Assembly: GCA_963705965.1 (NCBI GenBank)
Contig: CAVPLI010000004.1
Location: forward strand, 38,601-102,600
DNA: 64,000 bases
Origin: an uncultured Actinomycetes bacterium
GTDB taxonomy: Bacteria; Actinomycetota; Thermoleophilia; Gaiellales; JALYLC01
Direction of reading: 5' to 3'
Shown: positions 63,945 to 64,000 of the stretch, piece by piece
Layout: every line of letters begins with the position of its first letter
Numbering within the stretch: the first letter of the stretch is position 1
Program-made: the position numbers and the translations under genes
Notes under the pieces: model-generated
The model's input: only the letters and a program-made list of their open reading frames with translations
What the model was told of the DNA's origin: nothing
Databases searched by the model: none

Positions 63945-64000
63945 CCGATCGGTGTTCCATGGCGCCGGGGCAATTCCGGCCCGCCGCTCTCGAGCCGACC

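Overview
High-GC window, most consistent with an Actinomycetota (probably Thermoleophilia/Gaiellales-like) chromosome; the taxonomy is an inference from gene families and style. About 65 protein genes, and no rRNA, tRNA or CRISPR array recognised. Many genes, including the essential serS, are broken by single-base indels, which points to long-read assembly errors rather than real pseudogenes. Content in order: a URO-D-like/SDR/epimerase/MBL block; an IclR-controlled CoA-transferase catabolic unit; a PAS-GGDEF-HD-GYP gene with a sigma28-type promoter; fused siroheme decarboxylase plus lipoprotein cytochrome c; serS; a YtrA ABC operon; a glycan locus (GT2, alkaline-phosphatase-superfamily enzyme, LuxR regulators, Wzx flippase, cysC, IS481, acetyltransferase, GT2); NadR-like protein; an orphan Flp pilin missed by the ORF track; xfp-ackA; a CECxxxxC protein/pseudo-receiver ANTAR/Zn-ribbon module; assorted catabolic and modifying enzymes; wecB-GT2; a BVMO; a HAF-repeat protein; and a GT1. 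Best candidates for undescribed biology: (i) a glycan sulfation locus with cysC but no classical sulfotransferase, where a cytoplasmic AlkP-superfamily enzyme may fill that role; (ii) the CECxxxxC-ANTAR module with a structured downstream leader; (iii) a dispersed GGGGYCWGRCCCC REP-like palindrome family.
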